The notes below the pieces were generated by a model. It searched no databases. It was not told the origin of the DNA and saw only the letters and a program-made list of their open reading frames with translations. Made by a program: the position numbers and the translations under genes. DNA of 64,000 nt from Eledone cirrhosa. Its lineage: Eukaryota. This document shows, piece after piece, positions 41,801 through 57,123 of this stretch. The stretch covers positions 286,874,001 to 286,938,000 of the forward strand of contig OZ024742.1 of NCBI GenBank assembly GCA_964016885.1. Reading direction: 5' to 3'. Position 1 is the first letter of the stretch. Every line of letters begins with the position of its first letter.

Positions 41801-44800
41801 GTATATTACCTACTTTAGTGCTCACACCTGGCCTGAGCTTGTAGACCAACTTTAGAGACCTACATTTTACATCTGGCCTAGGTATATTACCTACTTTAGT
41901 GCTCACATCTGGCCTGAGCCTGTTACCAACTTTAGAGACCTACATTTCACATCTGGCCTAGGTATATTACCTACTTTAGTGCTCACACCTGGCCTGAGCC
42001 TGTTACCAACTTTAGAGACCTATATTTTACATCTGGCCTGGGTATATTACCTACTTTAGTGCTCACACCTGGCCTGAGCCTGTTACCAACTTTAGAGACC
42101 TACATTTTACATCTGGCCTGGGTATATTACCTACTTTAGTGCTCACATCTGGCCTGAGCCTGTTACCAACTTTAGAGACCTACATTTTACATCTGGCCTG
42201 AGTATAGTACCTACTTTAGTGCTCACACCTGGCCTGAGCCTGTTACCAACTTTAGATACCTACATTTTACATCTGGCCTGAGTATATTACCTATTTTGGT
42301 GCTCACACCTGGCCTGAGCCTGTTACCAACTTTAGAGACCTACATTTTACATCTGGCCTGGGTATATTACCTACTTTAGTGCTCACACCTGGCCTGAGCC
42401 TGTTACCAACTTCAGAGACCTACATTTTACATCTGGCCTAGGTATATTACCTACTTTAGTGCTCACACCTGGCCTGAGCCTGTTACCAACTTTAGAGACC
42501 TATATTTTACATCTGGCCTGGGTATATTACCTACTTTAGTGCTCACACCTGGCCTGAGCCTGTTACCAACTTTAGAGACCTACATTTTACATCTGGCCTA
42601 GGTATATTACCTACTTTAGTGCTCACATCTGGCCTGAGCCTGTTACCAACTTTAGAGACCTACATTTTACATCTGGCCTAGGTATATTACCTACTTTAGT
42701 GCTCACATCTGGCCTGAGCCTGTTACCAATTTTAGAGACCTACATTTTACATCTGGCCTGAGTATATTACCTACTTTAGTGCTCACACCTTGCCTGAGCC
42801 TGTTACCAACTTTAGAGACCTACATTTTACATCTGGCCTGGGTATATTACCTACTTTAGTGCTCACACCTGGCCTGAGCCTCTTACCAACTTTAGAGACC
42901 TACATTTTACATCTGGCCTGGGTATATTACCTAGTTTAGTGCTCACACCTGGCCTGAGTCTTTACCAACTTTAGAGACCTACATTTTACATCTGGCCTGG
43001 GTATATTACCTACTTTAGTGCTCATACCTGGCCTGAGCCTGTTACCAACTTTAGAGACCTACATTTTACATCTGGCCTGGGTATATTACCTACTTTAGTG
43101 CTCACACCTTGCCTGAGCATGTTACCAACTTTAGAGACCTACATTTTACATTTGGTCTGGGTATATTACCTACTTTAGTGCTCACACCTGGCCTGAGCTT
43201 GTTACCAACTTTAGAGACCTACATTTTACATCTGGCCTGGGTATATTACCTACTTTAGTGCTCACACCTGGCCTGAGCCTGTTACCAACTTTAGAGACCT
43301 ACATTTTACATCTGGCCTGGGTATATTACCTACTTTAGTGCTCACACCTGGCCTGAGCCTATTACCAACTTTAGAGACCTATATTTTACATCTGGCCTGG
43401 GTATATTACCTACTTTAGTGCTCACACCTGGCCTGAGCCTGTTACCAACTTTAGAGACCTATATTTTACATCTGGCCTGGGTATATTACCTACTTTAGTG
43501 CTCACACCTGGCCTGAGCTTGTTGACCAACTTTAGAGACCTACATTTTACATCTGGCCTAGGTATATTACCTACTTTAGTGCTCACATCTGGCCTGAGCC
43601 TGTTACCAAATTTAGAGACCTACATTTTACATCTGGCCTAGGTATATTACCTACTTTAGTGCTCACACCTGGTCTGAGCCTGTTACCAACTTTAGATACC
43701 TACATTTTACATCTGGCCTGAGTATATTACCTATTTTAGTGATCACACCTGGCCTGAGCTTGTTACCAACTTTAGAGACCTACATTTGACATCTGGCCTG
43801 GGTATATTACCTACTTTAGTGCTCACATCTGCCCTGAGCCTGTTACCAACTTTAGAGACCTATATTTTACATCTGGCCTGGGTATATTACCTACTTTAGT
43901 GCTCACACCTGGCCTGAGCCTGTTACCAACTTTAGAGACCTACATTTTACATCTGGCCTGGGTATATTACCTACTTTAGTGCTCACATCTGGCCTGAGCC
44001 TGTTACCAACTTTAGAGACCTACATTTTACATCTGGCCTGAGTATAGTACCTACTTTAGTGCTCACACCTGGCCTGAGCCTGTTACCAACTTTAGATACC
44101 TACATTTTACATCTGGCCTGAGTATATTACCTATTTTAGTGCTCACACCTGGCCTGAGCCTGTTACCAACTTTAGAGACCTACATCTTACATCTGGCCTG
44201 GGTATATTACCTACTTTAGTGCTCACACCTGGCCTGAGCCTGTTACCAACTTCAGAGACCTACATTTTACATCTGGCCTAGGTATATTACCTACTTTAGT
44301 GCTCACACCTGGCCTGAGCCTGTTACCAACTTTAGAGACCTATATTTTACATCTGGCCTGGGTATATTACCTACTTTAGTGCTCACACCTGGCCTGAGCC
44401 TGTTACCAACTTTAGAGACCTACATTTTACATCTGGCCTAGGTATATTACCTACTTTAGTGCTCACATCTGGCCTGAGCCTGTTACCAACTTTAGAGACC
44501 TACATTTTACATCTGGCCTAGGTATATTACCTACTTTAGTGCTCACATCTGGCCTGAGCCTGTTACCAATTTTAGAGACCTACATTTTACATCTGGCCTG
44601 AGTATATTACCTACTTTAGTGCTCACACCTTGCCTGAGCCTGTTACCAACTTTAGAGACCTACATTTTACATCTGGCCTGGGTATATTACCTACTTTAGT
44701 GCTCACACCTGGCCTGAGCCTCTTACCAACTTTAGAGACCTACATTTTACATCTGGCCTGGGTATATTACCTAGTTTAGTGCTCACACCTGGCCTGAGTC

Positions 44801-47800
44801 TTTACCAACTTTAGAGACCTACATTTTACATCTGGCCTGGGTATATTACCTACTTTAGTGCTCATACCTGGCCTGAGCCTGTTACCAACTTTAGAGACCT
44901 ACATTTTACATCTGGCCTGGGTATATTACCTACTTTAGTACTCACACCTTGCCTGAGCATGTTACCAACTTTAGAGACCTACATTTTACATTTGGTCTGG
45001 GTATATTACCTACTTTAGTGCTCACACCTGGCCTGAGCTTGTTACCAACTTTAGAGACCTACATTTTACATTTGGTCTGGGTATATTACCTACTTTAGTG
45101 CTCACACCTGGCCTGAGCTTGTTACCAACTTTAGAGACCTACATTTTACATTTGGTCTGGGTATATTACCTACTTTAGTGCTCACACCTGGCCTGAGCTT
45201 GTTACCAACTTTAGAGACCTACATTTTACATCTGGCCTGGGTATATTACCTACTTTAGTGCTCACACCTGGCCTGAGCCTGTTACCAACTTTAGAGACCT
45301 ACATTTTACATCTGGCCTGGGTATATTACCTACTTTAGTGCTCACACCTGGCCTGAGCCTATTACCAACTTTAGAGACCTATATTTTACATCTGGCCTGG
45401 GTATATTACCTACTTTAGTGCTCACACCTGGCCTGAGCCTGTTACCAACTTTAGAGACCTATATTTTACATCTGGCCTGGGTATATTACCTACTTTAGTG
45501 CTCACACCTGGCCTGAGCTTGTTGACCAACTTTAGAGACCTACATTTTACATCTGGCCTAGGTATATTACCTACTTTAGTGCTCACATCTGGCCTGAGCC
45601 TGTTACCAACTTTAGAGACCTACATTTTACATCTGGCCTAGGTATATTACCTACTTTAGTGCTCACACCTGGTCTGAGCCTGTTACCAACTTTAGATACC
45701 TACATTTTACATCTGGCCTGAGTATATTACCTATTTTAGTGCTCACACCTGGCCTGAGCTTGTTACCAACTTTAGAGACCTACATTTGACATCTGGCCTG
45801 GGTATATTACCTACTTTAGTGCTCACATCTGCCCTGAGCCTGTTACCAACTTTAGAGACCTACATTTTACATCTGGCCTAGGTATATTACCTACTTTAGT
45901 GCTCACACCTGGCCTGAGCCTGTTACCAACTTTACACACCTATATTTTACATCTGGCCTGGGTATATTACCTACTTTAGTGCTCACACCTGGCCTGAGCT
46001 TGTTGACCAACTTTAGAGACCTACATTTTACATCTGGCCTAGGTATATTACCTACTTTAGCGCTCACATCTGGCCTGAGCCTGTTACCAACTTTAGAGAC
46101 CTACATTTTACATCTGGCCTAGGTATATTACCTACTTTAGTGCTCACACCTGGCCTGAGCCTGTTACCAACTTTAGAGACCTATATTTTACATCTGGCCT
46201 GGGTATATTACCTACTTTAGTGCTCACACCTGGCCTGAGCCTGTTACCAACTTTAGAGACCTACATTTTACATCTGGCCTAGGTATATTACCTACTTTAG
46301 TGCTCACATCTGGCCTGAGCCTGTTACCAATTTTAGAGACCTACATTTTACATCTGGCCTGAGTATATTACCTACTTTAGTGCTCACACCTTGCCTGAGC
46401 CTGTTACCAACTTTAGAGACCTACATTTTACATCTGGCCTGGGTATATTACCTACTTTAGTGCTCACACCTGGCCTGAGCCTGTTATCAACTTTAGAGAC
46501 CTACATTTTACATCTGGCCTGGGTATATTACCTAGTTTAGTGCTCACACCTGGCCTGAGTCTTTACCAACTTTAGAGACCTACATTTTACATCTGGCCTG
46601 GGTATATTACCTACTTTAGTGCTCACACCTGGCCTGAGCCTGTTACCAACTTTAGAGACCTACATTTTACATCTGGCCTGGGTATATTACCTACTTTAGT
46701 GCTCACACCTTGCCTGAGCCTGTTCCCAACTTTAGAGACCTACATTTTACATCTGGCCTGGGTATATTACCTACTTTAGTGCTCACACCTGGTCTGAGAC
46801 TGTTACCAACTTTAGAGACCTATATTTTACATCTGGCCTGGGTATATTACCTACTTTAGTGCTCACACCTGGCCTGAGCCTGTTATCAACTTTAGAGACC
46901 TACATTTTACATCTGGCCTGGGTATATTACCTACTTTAGTGCTCACACCTGGCCTGAGCCTGTTACCAACTTTAGAGACCTACATTTTACATCTGGCCTA
47001 GGTATATTACCTACTTTAGTGTTCACATCTGGCCTGAGCCTGTTACCAACTTTAGAGACCTACATTTTACATCTGGCCTAGGTATATTACCTACTTTAGT
47101 GCTCACATCTGGCCTGAGCCTGTTACCAATTTTAGAGACCTACATTTTACATCTGGCCTGAGTATATTACCTACTTTAGTGCTCACACCTTTCCTGAGCC
47201 TGTTACCAACTTTAGAGACCTACATTTTACATCTGGCCTGGGTATATTACCTACTTTAGTGCTCACACCTGGCCTGAGCCTGTTACCAACTTTAGAGACC
47301 TACATTTTACATCTGGCCTGGGTATATTACCTAGTTCAGTGCTCACACCTGGCCTGAGTCTTTACCAACTTTAGAGACCTACATTTTACATCTGGCCTGG
47401 GTATATTACCTACTTTAGTGCTCATACCTGGCCTGAGCCTGTTACCAACTTTAGAGACCTACATTTTACATCTGGCCTGGGTATATTACCTACTTTAGTG
47501 CTCACACCTTGCCTGAGCCTGTTACCAACTTTAGAGACCTACATTTTACATCTGGCCTAGGTATATTACCTACTTTAGTGCTCACACCTGGTCTGAGACT
47601 GTTACCAACTTTAGAGACCTATATTTTACATCTGGCCTGGGTATATTACCTACTTTTGTGCTCACACCTGGCCTGAGCTTGTTACCAACTTTAGAGACCT
47701 ACATTTTACATCTGGCCTGGGTATATTACCTACTTTAGTGCTCACACCTGGCCTGAGCTTGTTACCAACTTTAGAGACCTACATTTTACATTTGGTCTGG

Positions 47801-50800
47801 GTATATTACCTACTTTAGTGCTCACACCTGGCCTGAGCTTGTTACCAACTTTAGAGACCTACATTTTACATCTGGCCTGGGTATATTACCTACTTTAGTG
47901 CTCACACCTTGCCTGATCCTGTTCCCAACTTTAGAGACCTACATTTTACATATGGCCTAGGTATATTACCTACTTTAGTGCTCACACCTGGCCTGAGCCT
48001 GTTACCAACTTTAGAGACCTATATTTTACATCTGGCCTGGGTATATTACCTACTTTAGTGCTCACACCTGGCCTGAGCCTGTTACCAACTTTAGAGACCT
48101 ATATTTTACATCTGGCCTGGGTATAATACCTACTTTAGTGCTCACACCTGGCCTGAGCTTGTTGACCAACTTTAGAGACCTACATTTTACATCTGGCCTA
48201 GGTATATTACCTACTTTAGTGCTCACATCTGGCCTGAGCCTGTTACCAACTTTAGAGACCTACATTTTACATCTGGCCTAGGTATATTACCTACTTTAGT
48301 GCTCACATCTGGCCTGAGCCTGTTACCAACTTTAGAGACCTACATTTTACATCTGGCCTAGGTATATTACCTACTTTAGTGCTCACATCTGGCCTGAGCC
48401 TGTTACCAATTTTAGAGACCTATATTTTACATCTGGTCTGGGTATATTACCTACTTTAGTGCTCACACCTGGCCTGAGCCTGTTACCAACTTTAGAGACC
48501 TACATTTTACATCTGGCCTAGGTATATTACCTACTTTAGTGCTCACATCTGGCCTGAGCCTGTTACCAACTTTAGAGACCTACATTTTACATCTGGCCTA
48601 GGTATATTACCTACTTTAGTGCTCACACCTGGCCTGAGCCTGTTACCAACTTTAGAGAACTACATTTTACATCTGGCCTGGGTATATTACCTACTTTAGT
48701 GCTCACATCTGGCCTGAGCCTGTTACCAACTTTAGAGACCTACATTTTACATCTGTCCTGAGTATATTACCTACTTTAGTGCTCACACCTGGCCTGAGCC
48801 TGTTACCAACTTTAGATACCTACATTTTACATCTGGCCTGAGTATATTACCTATTTTAGTGCTCACACCTGGCCTGAGCCTGTTACCAACATTAGAGACC
48901 TACATTTTACATCTGGCCTGGGTATATTACCTACTTTAGTGCTCACACCTGGCCTGAGCCTGTTACCAACTTTAGAGACCTACATTTTACATCTGGCCTG
49001 GGTATATTACCTACTTTAGTGCTCACATCTGGCCTGAGCCTGTTACCAACTTTAGAGACCTACATTTTACATCTGGCCTAGGTATATTACCTACTTTAGT
49101 GCTCACATCTGGCCTGAGCCTGTTACAAACTTTAGAGACCTACATTTTACATCTGGCCTAGGTATATTACCTACTTTAGTGCTCACACCTGGCCTGAGCC
49201 TGTTACCAACTTTAGAGGCCTATATTTTACATCTGGCCTGGGTATATTACCTACTTTAGTGCTCACACCTGGCCTGAGCCTGTTACCAACTTTAGAGACC
49301 TACATTTTACATCTGGCCTGGGTATATTACCTACTTTAGTGCTCACATCTGGCCTGAGCCTGTTACCAACTTTAGAGACCTACATTTTACATCTGGCCTG
49401 AGTATATTACCTACTTTAGTGCTCACACCTGGCCTGAGCCTGTTACCAACTTTAGATACCTACATTTTACATCTGGCCTGAGTATATTACCTATTTTAGT
49501 GCTCACACCTGGCCTGAGCCTGTTACCAACTTTAGAGACCTACATTTTACATCTGGCCTATGTATATTACCTACTTTAGTGCTCACATCTGCCCCGAGCC
49601 TGTTTCCAACTTTAGAGACCTACATTTTACATCTGGCCTAGGTATATTACCTACTTTAGTGCTCACATCTGCCCTGAGCCTGTTACCAACTTTAGAGACC
49701 TACATTTTACATCTGGCCTGGGTATATTACCTACTTTAGTGCTCACATCTGGCCTGGGCCTGTTACCAACTTTAGAGACCTACATTTTACAGGTGGCCTA
49801 GGTATATTACCTACTTTAGTGCTCACACCTGGTCTGAGCCTGTTACCAACTTTAGAGCCCTATATTTTACATCTGGCCTGGGTATATTACCTACTTTATT
49901 GCTCACACCTGGCCTGAGCCTGTTACCAACTTTAGATACCTACATTTTACATCTGGCCTGGGTATATTACCTACTTTAGTGCTCACACCTGGCCTGAGCC
50001 TGTTACCAACTTTAGAGACCTACATTTTACATCTGGCCTGGGTATATTACCTACTTTAGTGCTCACATCTGCCCTGAGCCTGTTACCAACTTTAGAGACC
50101 TACATTTTACATCTGGCCTGGGTATATTACCTACTTTAGTGCTCACACCTGGTCTGAGCCTGTTACCAACTTTAGATACCTACATTTTACATCTGGCCTC
50201 AGTATATTACCTATTTTAGTGCTCACACCTGGCCTGAGCTTGTTACCAACTTTAGAGACCTACATTTTACATCTGGCCTGTGTATATTACCTATTTTAGT
50301 GCTCACACCTGGCCTGAGCTTGTTACCAACTTTAGAGACCTACATTTTACATCTGGCCTAGGTATATTACCTACTTTAGTGCTCACATCTGCCCTGAGCC
50401 TGTTTCCAACTTTAGAGACCTACATTTTACATCTGGCCTAGGTATATTACCTACTTTAGTGCTCACATCTGCCCTGAGCCTGTTACCAACTTTAGAGACC
50501 TACATTTTACATCTGGCCTGGGTATATTACCTACTTTAGTGCTCACATCTGCCCTGAGCCTGTTTCCAACTTTAGAGACCTACATTTTACATCTGGCCTG
50601 GGTATATTACCTACTTTAGTGCTCACACCTGGCCTGAGCCTGTTACCAACTTTAGATACCTACATTTTACATCTGGCCCGGGTATATTACCTACTTTAGT
50701 GCTCACATCTGCCCTGAGCCTGTTTCCAACTTTAGAGACCTACATTTTACATCTGGCCTGGGTATATTACCTACTTTAGTGCTCACACCTGGCCTGAGCC

Positions 50801-53800
50801 TGTTTCCAACTTTAGAGACCTAAATTTTACATCTGGCCTGGGTATATTTCCTACTTTAGTGCTCACATCTGCCCTGAGCCTGTTTCCAACTTTAGAGACC
50901 TACATTTTACATCTCGCCTGGGTTTATTACCTACTTTAGTGCTCACACCTGGCCTGAGCCTGTTACCAACTTTAGAGACCTACATTTTACATCTGGCCAG
51001 GGTATATTACCTACTTTAGTGCTCACACCTGGCCTGAGCTTGTTACCAGCTTTAGAGACCTACATTTTAAATCTGGCCTGGGTATATTACCTACTTTAGT
51101 GCTCACACCTGGCCTGAGCCTGTTACCAACTTTAGATACCTACATTTTACATCTGTCCTGAGTATATTACCTATTTTAGTGCTCACACCTGGCCTGAGCT
51201 TGTTACCAACTTTAGAGACCTACATTTTACATCTGGCCTAGGTATATTACATACTTTAGTGCTCACATCTGCCCTGAGCCTGTTTCCAACTTTAGAGACC
51301 TACATTTTACATCTGGCCTGGGTATATTACCTACTTTAGTGCTCACACCTGGCCTGAGCCTGTTACCAACTTTAGATACCTACATTTTACATCTGGCCCG
51401 GGTATATTACCTACTTTAGTGCTCACATCTGCCCTGAGCCTGTTTCCAACTTTAGAGACCTACATTTTACATCTGGCCTGGGTATATTACCTACTTTAGT
51501 GCTCACACCTGGCCTGAGCCTGTTTCCAACTTTAGAGACCTAAATTTTACATCTGGCCTGGGTATATTTCCTACTTTAGTGCTCACATCTGCCCTGAGCC
51601 TGTTTCCAACTTTAGAGACCTACATTTTACATCTGGCCTGGGTTTATTACCTACTTTAGTGCTCACACCTGGCCTGAGCCTGTTACCAACTTTAGAGACC
51701 TACATTTTACATCTGGCCAGGGTATATTACCTACTTTAGTGCTCACACCTGGCCTGAGCTTGTTACCAGCTTTAGAGACCTACATTTTAAATCTGGCCTG
51801 GGTATATTACCTACTTTAGTGCTCACACCTGGCCTGAGCCTGTTACCAACTTTAGATACCTACATTTTACATCTGTCCTGAGTATATTACCTATTTTAGT
51901 GCTCACACCTGGCCTGAGCTTGTTACCAACTTTAGAGACCTACATTTTACATCTGGCCTAGGTATATTACATACTTTAGTGCTCACATCTGCCCTGAGCC
52001 TGTTTCCAACTTTAGAGACCTACATTTTACATCTGGCCTGGGTATATTACCTACTTTAGTGCTCACACCTGGCCTGAGCCTGTTACCAACTTTAGAGACC
52101 TACATTTTACATCTGGCCTGGGTATATTACCTACTTTAGTGCTCACATCTGCCCTGAGCCTGTTTCCAACTTTAGAGACCTACATTTTACATCTGGCCTG
52201 GGTATATTACCTACTTTAGTGCTCACACCTGGCCTGAGCCTGTTTCCAACTTTAGAGACCTACATTTTACATCTGGCCTGGGTATATTACCTACTTTAGT
52301 GCTCACATCTGCCCTGAGCCTGTTTCCAACTTTAGCGACCTACATTTTACATCTGGCCTGGGTATATTACCTACTTTAGTGCTCACACCTGGCCTGAGCC
52401 TGTTACCAACTTTAGAGACCTACATTTTACATCTGGCCTGGGTATATTACCTACTTTAGTGCTCACACCTGGCCTGAGCTTGTTACCAACTTTAGAGACC
52501 TACATTTTACATCTGGCCTGGGTATATTACCTACTTTAGTGCTCACATCTGCCCTGAGCCTGTTTCTAACTTTAGAGACCTACATTTTACATCTGGCCTG
52601 GGTATATTACCTACTTTAGTGCTCACACCTGGCCTGAGCTTGTTACCAACTTTAGAGACCTACATTTTACATCTGGCCTGGGTATATTACCTACTTTAGT
52701 GCTCACATCTGCCCTGAGCCTGTTTCCAACTTTAGCGACCTACATTTTACATCTGGCCTGGGTATATTACCTACTTTAGTGCTCACACCTGGCCTGAGCC
52801 TGTTACCAACTTTAGAGACCTACATTTTACATCTGGCCTGGGTATATTACCTACTTTAGTGCTCACACCTGGCCTGAGCTTGTTACCAACTTTAGAGACC
52901 TACATTTTACATCTGGCCTGGGTATATTACCTACTTTAGTGCTCACATCTGCCCTGAGCCTGTTTCCAACTTTAGAGACCTACATTTTACATCTGGCCTG
53001 GGTATATTACCTACTTTAGTGCTCACATCTGCCCTGAGCCTGTTACAAACTTTAGATACCTACATTTTACATCTGGCCTGGGTATATTACCTACTTTAGT
53101 GCTCACACCTGGCCTGAGCCTGTTACCAACTTTAGAGACCTACATTTTACATCTGGCCTGAGTATATTACCTACTTTAGTGCTCACACCTGGCCTGAGCC
53201 TGTTACCAACTTTAGAGACATACATTTTACATCTGGCCTGGTTATATTACCTACTTTAGTGCTCACACCTGGCCTGAGCCTGTTACCAACTTTAGAGACC
53301 TACATTTTACATCTGGCCTGGGTATATTACCTACTTTAGTGCTCACACCTGGCCTGAGCCTGTTACCAACTTTAGAGACCTACATTTTACATCTGGCCTG
53401 AGTATATTACCTACTTTAGTGCTCACACCTGGCCTGAGCCTGTTACCAACTTTAGAGACATACATTTTACATCTGGCCTGGTTATATTACCTACTTTAGT
53501 GCTCACACCTGGCCTGAGCCTGTTACCAACTTTAGAGACCTACATTTTACATCTGGCCTGGGTATATTACCTACTTTAGTGCTCACATCTGGCCTGAGCC
53601 TGTTACCAACATTAGATACCTACATTTTACATCTGGCCTGGGTATATTACCTACTTTAGTGCTCACACCTGGCCTGAGCCTGTTACCAACTTTAGAGACC
53701 TACATTTTACATCTGGCCTGAGTATATTACCTACTTTAGTGCTCACACCTGGCCTGAGCCTGTTACCAACTTTAGAGACCTACATTTTACGTCTGGCCTG

Positions 53801-54190
53801 GGTATATTACCTACTTTAGTGCTCACACCTGGCCTGAGCCTGTTACCAACTTTAGAGACCTACATTTTACATCTGGCCTGGGTATATTACCTACTTTAGT
53901 GCTCACACCTGGCCTGAGCCTGTTACCAACTTTAGAGACCTACATTTTACATCTAGCCTGGGTATATTACCTACTTTAGTGCTCACATCTGCCCTGAGCC
54001 TGTTACCAACTTTAGAGACCTACATTTTACATCTGGCCTGGGTATATTACCTACTTTAGTGCTCACATCTGCCCTGAGCCTGTTACCAACTTTAGAGACC
54101 TACATTTTACATCTGGCCTCAGTATATTACCTACTTTAGTGCTCACACCTGGCCTGAGCCTGTTACCAACTTTAGAGACCTACATTTTAC
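17879..54190. repeat. Satellite DNA array, 80-bp unit, about 450 copies
   Basis: Consensus ACATCTGGCCTGGGTATATTACCTACTTTAGTGCTC (36) + ACACCTGGCCTGAGCCTGTTACCAACTTTAGAGACCTACATTTT (44). The pattern realigns every 4 lines (240 = 3 x 80). One orientation throughout and no insertions seen. Confidence 0.98.
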
Positions 54191-54299
54191 ATTTGGTTTG
54201 CGTCTATTAACATCTTTAGTTTCCTACATTTTGAACTGGCCTGGACATATTAACATCTTTGAGGCCCACATTTCACATCTGGCCAGTGTATAATGCTTG

Positions 54300-55470
54300 T
54301 ATGTGTAATGTTTGTTTGTGATATAATGTGTATATGTATATGTCGTGCCTGTCGTGTAATGTGTATATATATATTTGTGTAGTGTTTGTGATGTAATGTG
54401 TATATATGTAATGTCAGTTTGTGATGTAATATATATATATATATGTGTAGTGTCTGTTTGTGATGTAATATATATATATGTGTAGTGTCTGTTTGTGATG
54501 TAATATATTTATATATAGTGTCTGTTTGTGATGTAATATATATATATATATAGTGTCTGTTTGTGATGTAATATATATATGTAGTGTCTGTTTGTGATGT
54601 TATATATATATATAGTGTCTGTTTGTGATGTAATATATATATATATATATATGTAGTGTCTGTTTGTGATGTTATATATATATATAGTGTCTGTTTGTGA
54701 TGTAATATATATATATATATATATGTAGTGTCTGTTTGTGATGTAATATATATATATGTATGTAATGTCAGTTTGTGATGTAATATATATATATGTAGTG
54801 TCTGTTTGTGATGTAATATATGTATATGTAGTGTCTGTTTGTGATGTAATATATATATATATATATAGTGTCTGTTTGTGATGTAATATATATATATATA
54901 TAGTGTCTGTTTGTGATGTAATATATATATATATGTAGTGTCTGTTTGTGATGTAATATATATATATATATATGTGTAGTGTCTGTTTGTGATGTAATAT
55001 ATATATATGTATGTAGTGTCTGTTTGTGATGTAATATATATATATGTGTAGTGTCTGTTGGTGATGTAATATATATATATATATATGTGTAGTGTCTGTT
55101 GGTGATGTAATATATATATATATGTGTAGTGTCTGTTGGTGATGTAATATATATATGTAGTGTCTGTTTGTGATGTAATATATGTATATATGTGTAGTGT
55201 CTGTTGGTGATGTTATATAAATATGTAGTGTCTGTTTGTGATGTAATATATGTATATCTGTGTAGTGTCTGTTGGTGATGTTATATAAATATGTAGTGTC
55301 TGTTTGTGATGTAATATATGTATATATGTGTAGTGTCTGTTGGTGATGTTATATAAATATGTAGCGTCTGTTTGTGATGTAATATATGTATATATATGTA
55401 GCGTCTGTTTGTGATGTTATATATATATATAGTGTCTGTTTGTGATGTAATATATATATATCTGTGTGTA
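54300..55470. repeat. Variable-length minisatellite: GTAGTGTCTGTTTGTGATGTAA plus a variable (TA)n spacer
   Basis: Constant ~22-bp core with TA spacers of differing length, over about 1.1 kb. Confidence 0.92.
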
Positions 55471-55816
55471 ATGTTTGTCTGTTTGTAAGTTTGTAATGAG
55501 TCTAATGTCTGTCTATTTTTTATGTCTGCCTTGTTATGTCAACTGAAAACTACAATAAAAAATTATCTCTTCGCGGTATCTTAGCAACAGAACGTTTCTC
55601 TGTAAAACTAACGAAGTTGGAAATAAGAAATAAATCAACAGTCTGGTCACGCCGCATTAACTGCTACTGGGTGCAAATATTATATTCACCAACTGTTTGT
55701 TCACGAACTCCTCGTATGGTTTTGGAGGTAGACCCCCATAACCTCAATATATTCTGAAACTACATTGCCCAGGGTACTTGGATAAGTATATTTCATTTTA
55801 ATCAAAGGGTTTACCG

Positions 55817-56043
55817 GGGGCACAAACCCCCGCTGAAAATTTTTTCTCTTCGATTTATATGAAATTTAAACCATAGTTAAATGACAAGACATGTTGCCTA
55901 TTCACAAAATTTCAGAAAATGTCACCAATATTAAGACACCCTAATGGGGGTTAAACCCCCTATTAGGTTTCCTTGGAGGCACAAACCCCCGCTGAAAATT
56001 TTTTCCCTTCGATTTATATGAAATTTAAACCATAGGTAAATGA
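55817..56043. repeat. ~66-bp direct repeat pair, period about 160
   Basis: GGCACAAACCCCCGCTGAAAATTTTTTC.CTTCGATTTATATGAAATTTAAACCATAG.TAAATGA at about 55819 and 55978, with the hairpin CCTAATGGGGG-TTAAA-CCCCCTATTAGG between them. Confidence 0.85.
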
Positions 56044-56151
56044 GGTATTTACCCAAAAGTTTTGAATTGATATTACGAAAAAAAATTATTTACAAGAAAC
56101 AAAATAAGAATAAGATTTGATAATGTAATTTTGATTTGATATATTACTAAA

Positions 56152-56343
56152 AATAATTGTTTCTACTCCTGGCACAAGGCCAGTAATTACCCAGTACATT
56201 ACTGGTACTTTATTTTATCGACCCCGTAAGGATGAAAGGCAAAGTTAACCTCGGCGGGATTTGAACTCAGATCGTAAAGGGACGTAACTCTTTGCGTCAA
56301 AGCAGGGCCTCCGACCCTCTACTGATACTGCCAATCCACCGCT
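56152..56343 (-). mobile_element. Full-length SINE (main family)
   Basis: Same body, ending TACTGCCAATCCACCGC. Confidence 0.9.
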
Positions 56344-56489
56344 TCCAATTTTTCATGTATTACATTTTACATTGAGTAATATTGAAATGCAGAGTTTTTC
56401 TCCATAAATTATATCACTGATTTAAAATCAATCATCATTTTCTTATAAAAAAATGTGCGAAACGCAGCCAGGCGCGAGTAATTCGGCAA

Positions 56490-56663
<174 letters not shown>

Positions 56664-56962
56664 AGTGTAACTAGGAGTTACTGTAGGTTCACCTGCGTGA
56701 GCACTCGATGTTTAGGTTCACTTCTGTGTCGAGGTGTAGTGCTATACAGAGTGTATTATATTAAAAAGATAACAAGGACGATTGGTTAGTCCTTCATTAC
56801 ATTTATTGGTAGGTGACGCGCGTTTCGCTACTGATCAGCTCAAGGTTCGATCTCGACGGACCCTTTAAAATGCTAGTAGAAAATATATATATATATATAA
56901 ATATATACAAATAGTGAAAACAATGAAATTAAACAAAAAACGGTTAATTCATAGTAAAACTC

Positions 56963-57123
56963 ATTATTTTACGATCGTTTCTGGGGGGGGGGGTAGTTCC
57001 CCGTATGTCCATTCTATTATTGATCTATGTAAAATATATTACAAAATATCATAGTAAGAAAATATACATACGTCTTCACTACCCGCGGGCGGTGAATTGG
57101 CAGTATCGCCGTCTTCAGAAATA
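56963..57123 (-). ncRNA. Type I hammerhead with long stem-II insert (mirror copy)
   Basis: Minus strand: UAUUU-CUGAAGA-CGG...CCA-GAAAC-GAUC-GUA^-AAAUA. Confidence 0.6.

Noticed and set aside
17879-54190. CRISPR array or coding repeat
   Set aside because: No unique spacers, eukaryotic context and no cas genes. The 80-bp unit is not a multiple of 3 and the ORF track shows no ORF through the array.
54300-55470. CRISPR-like constant repeat with variable spacers
   Set aside because: The spacers are only (TA)n of varying length, which indicates slippage.
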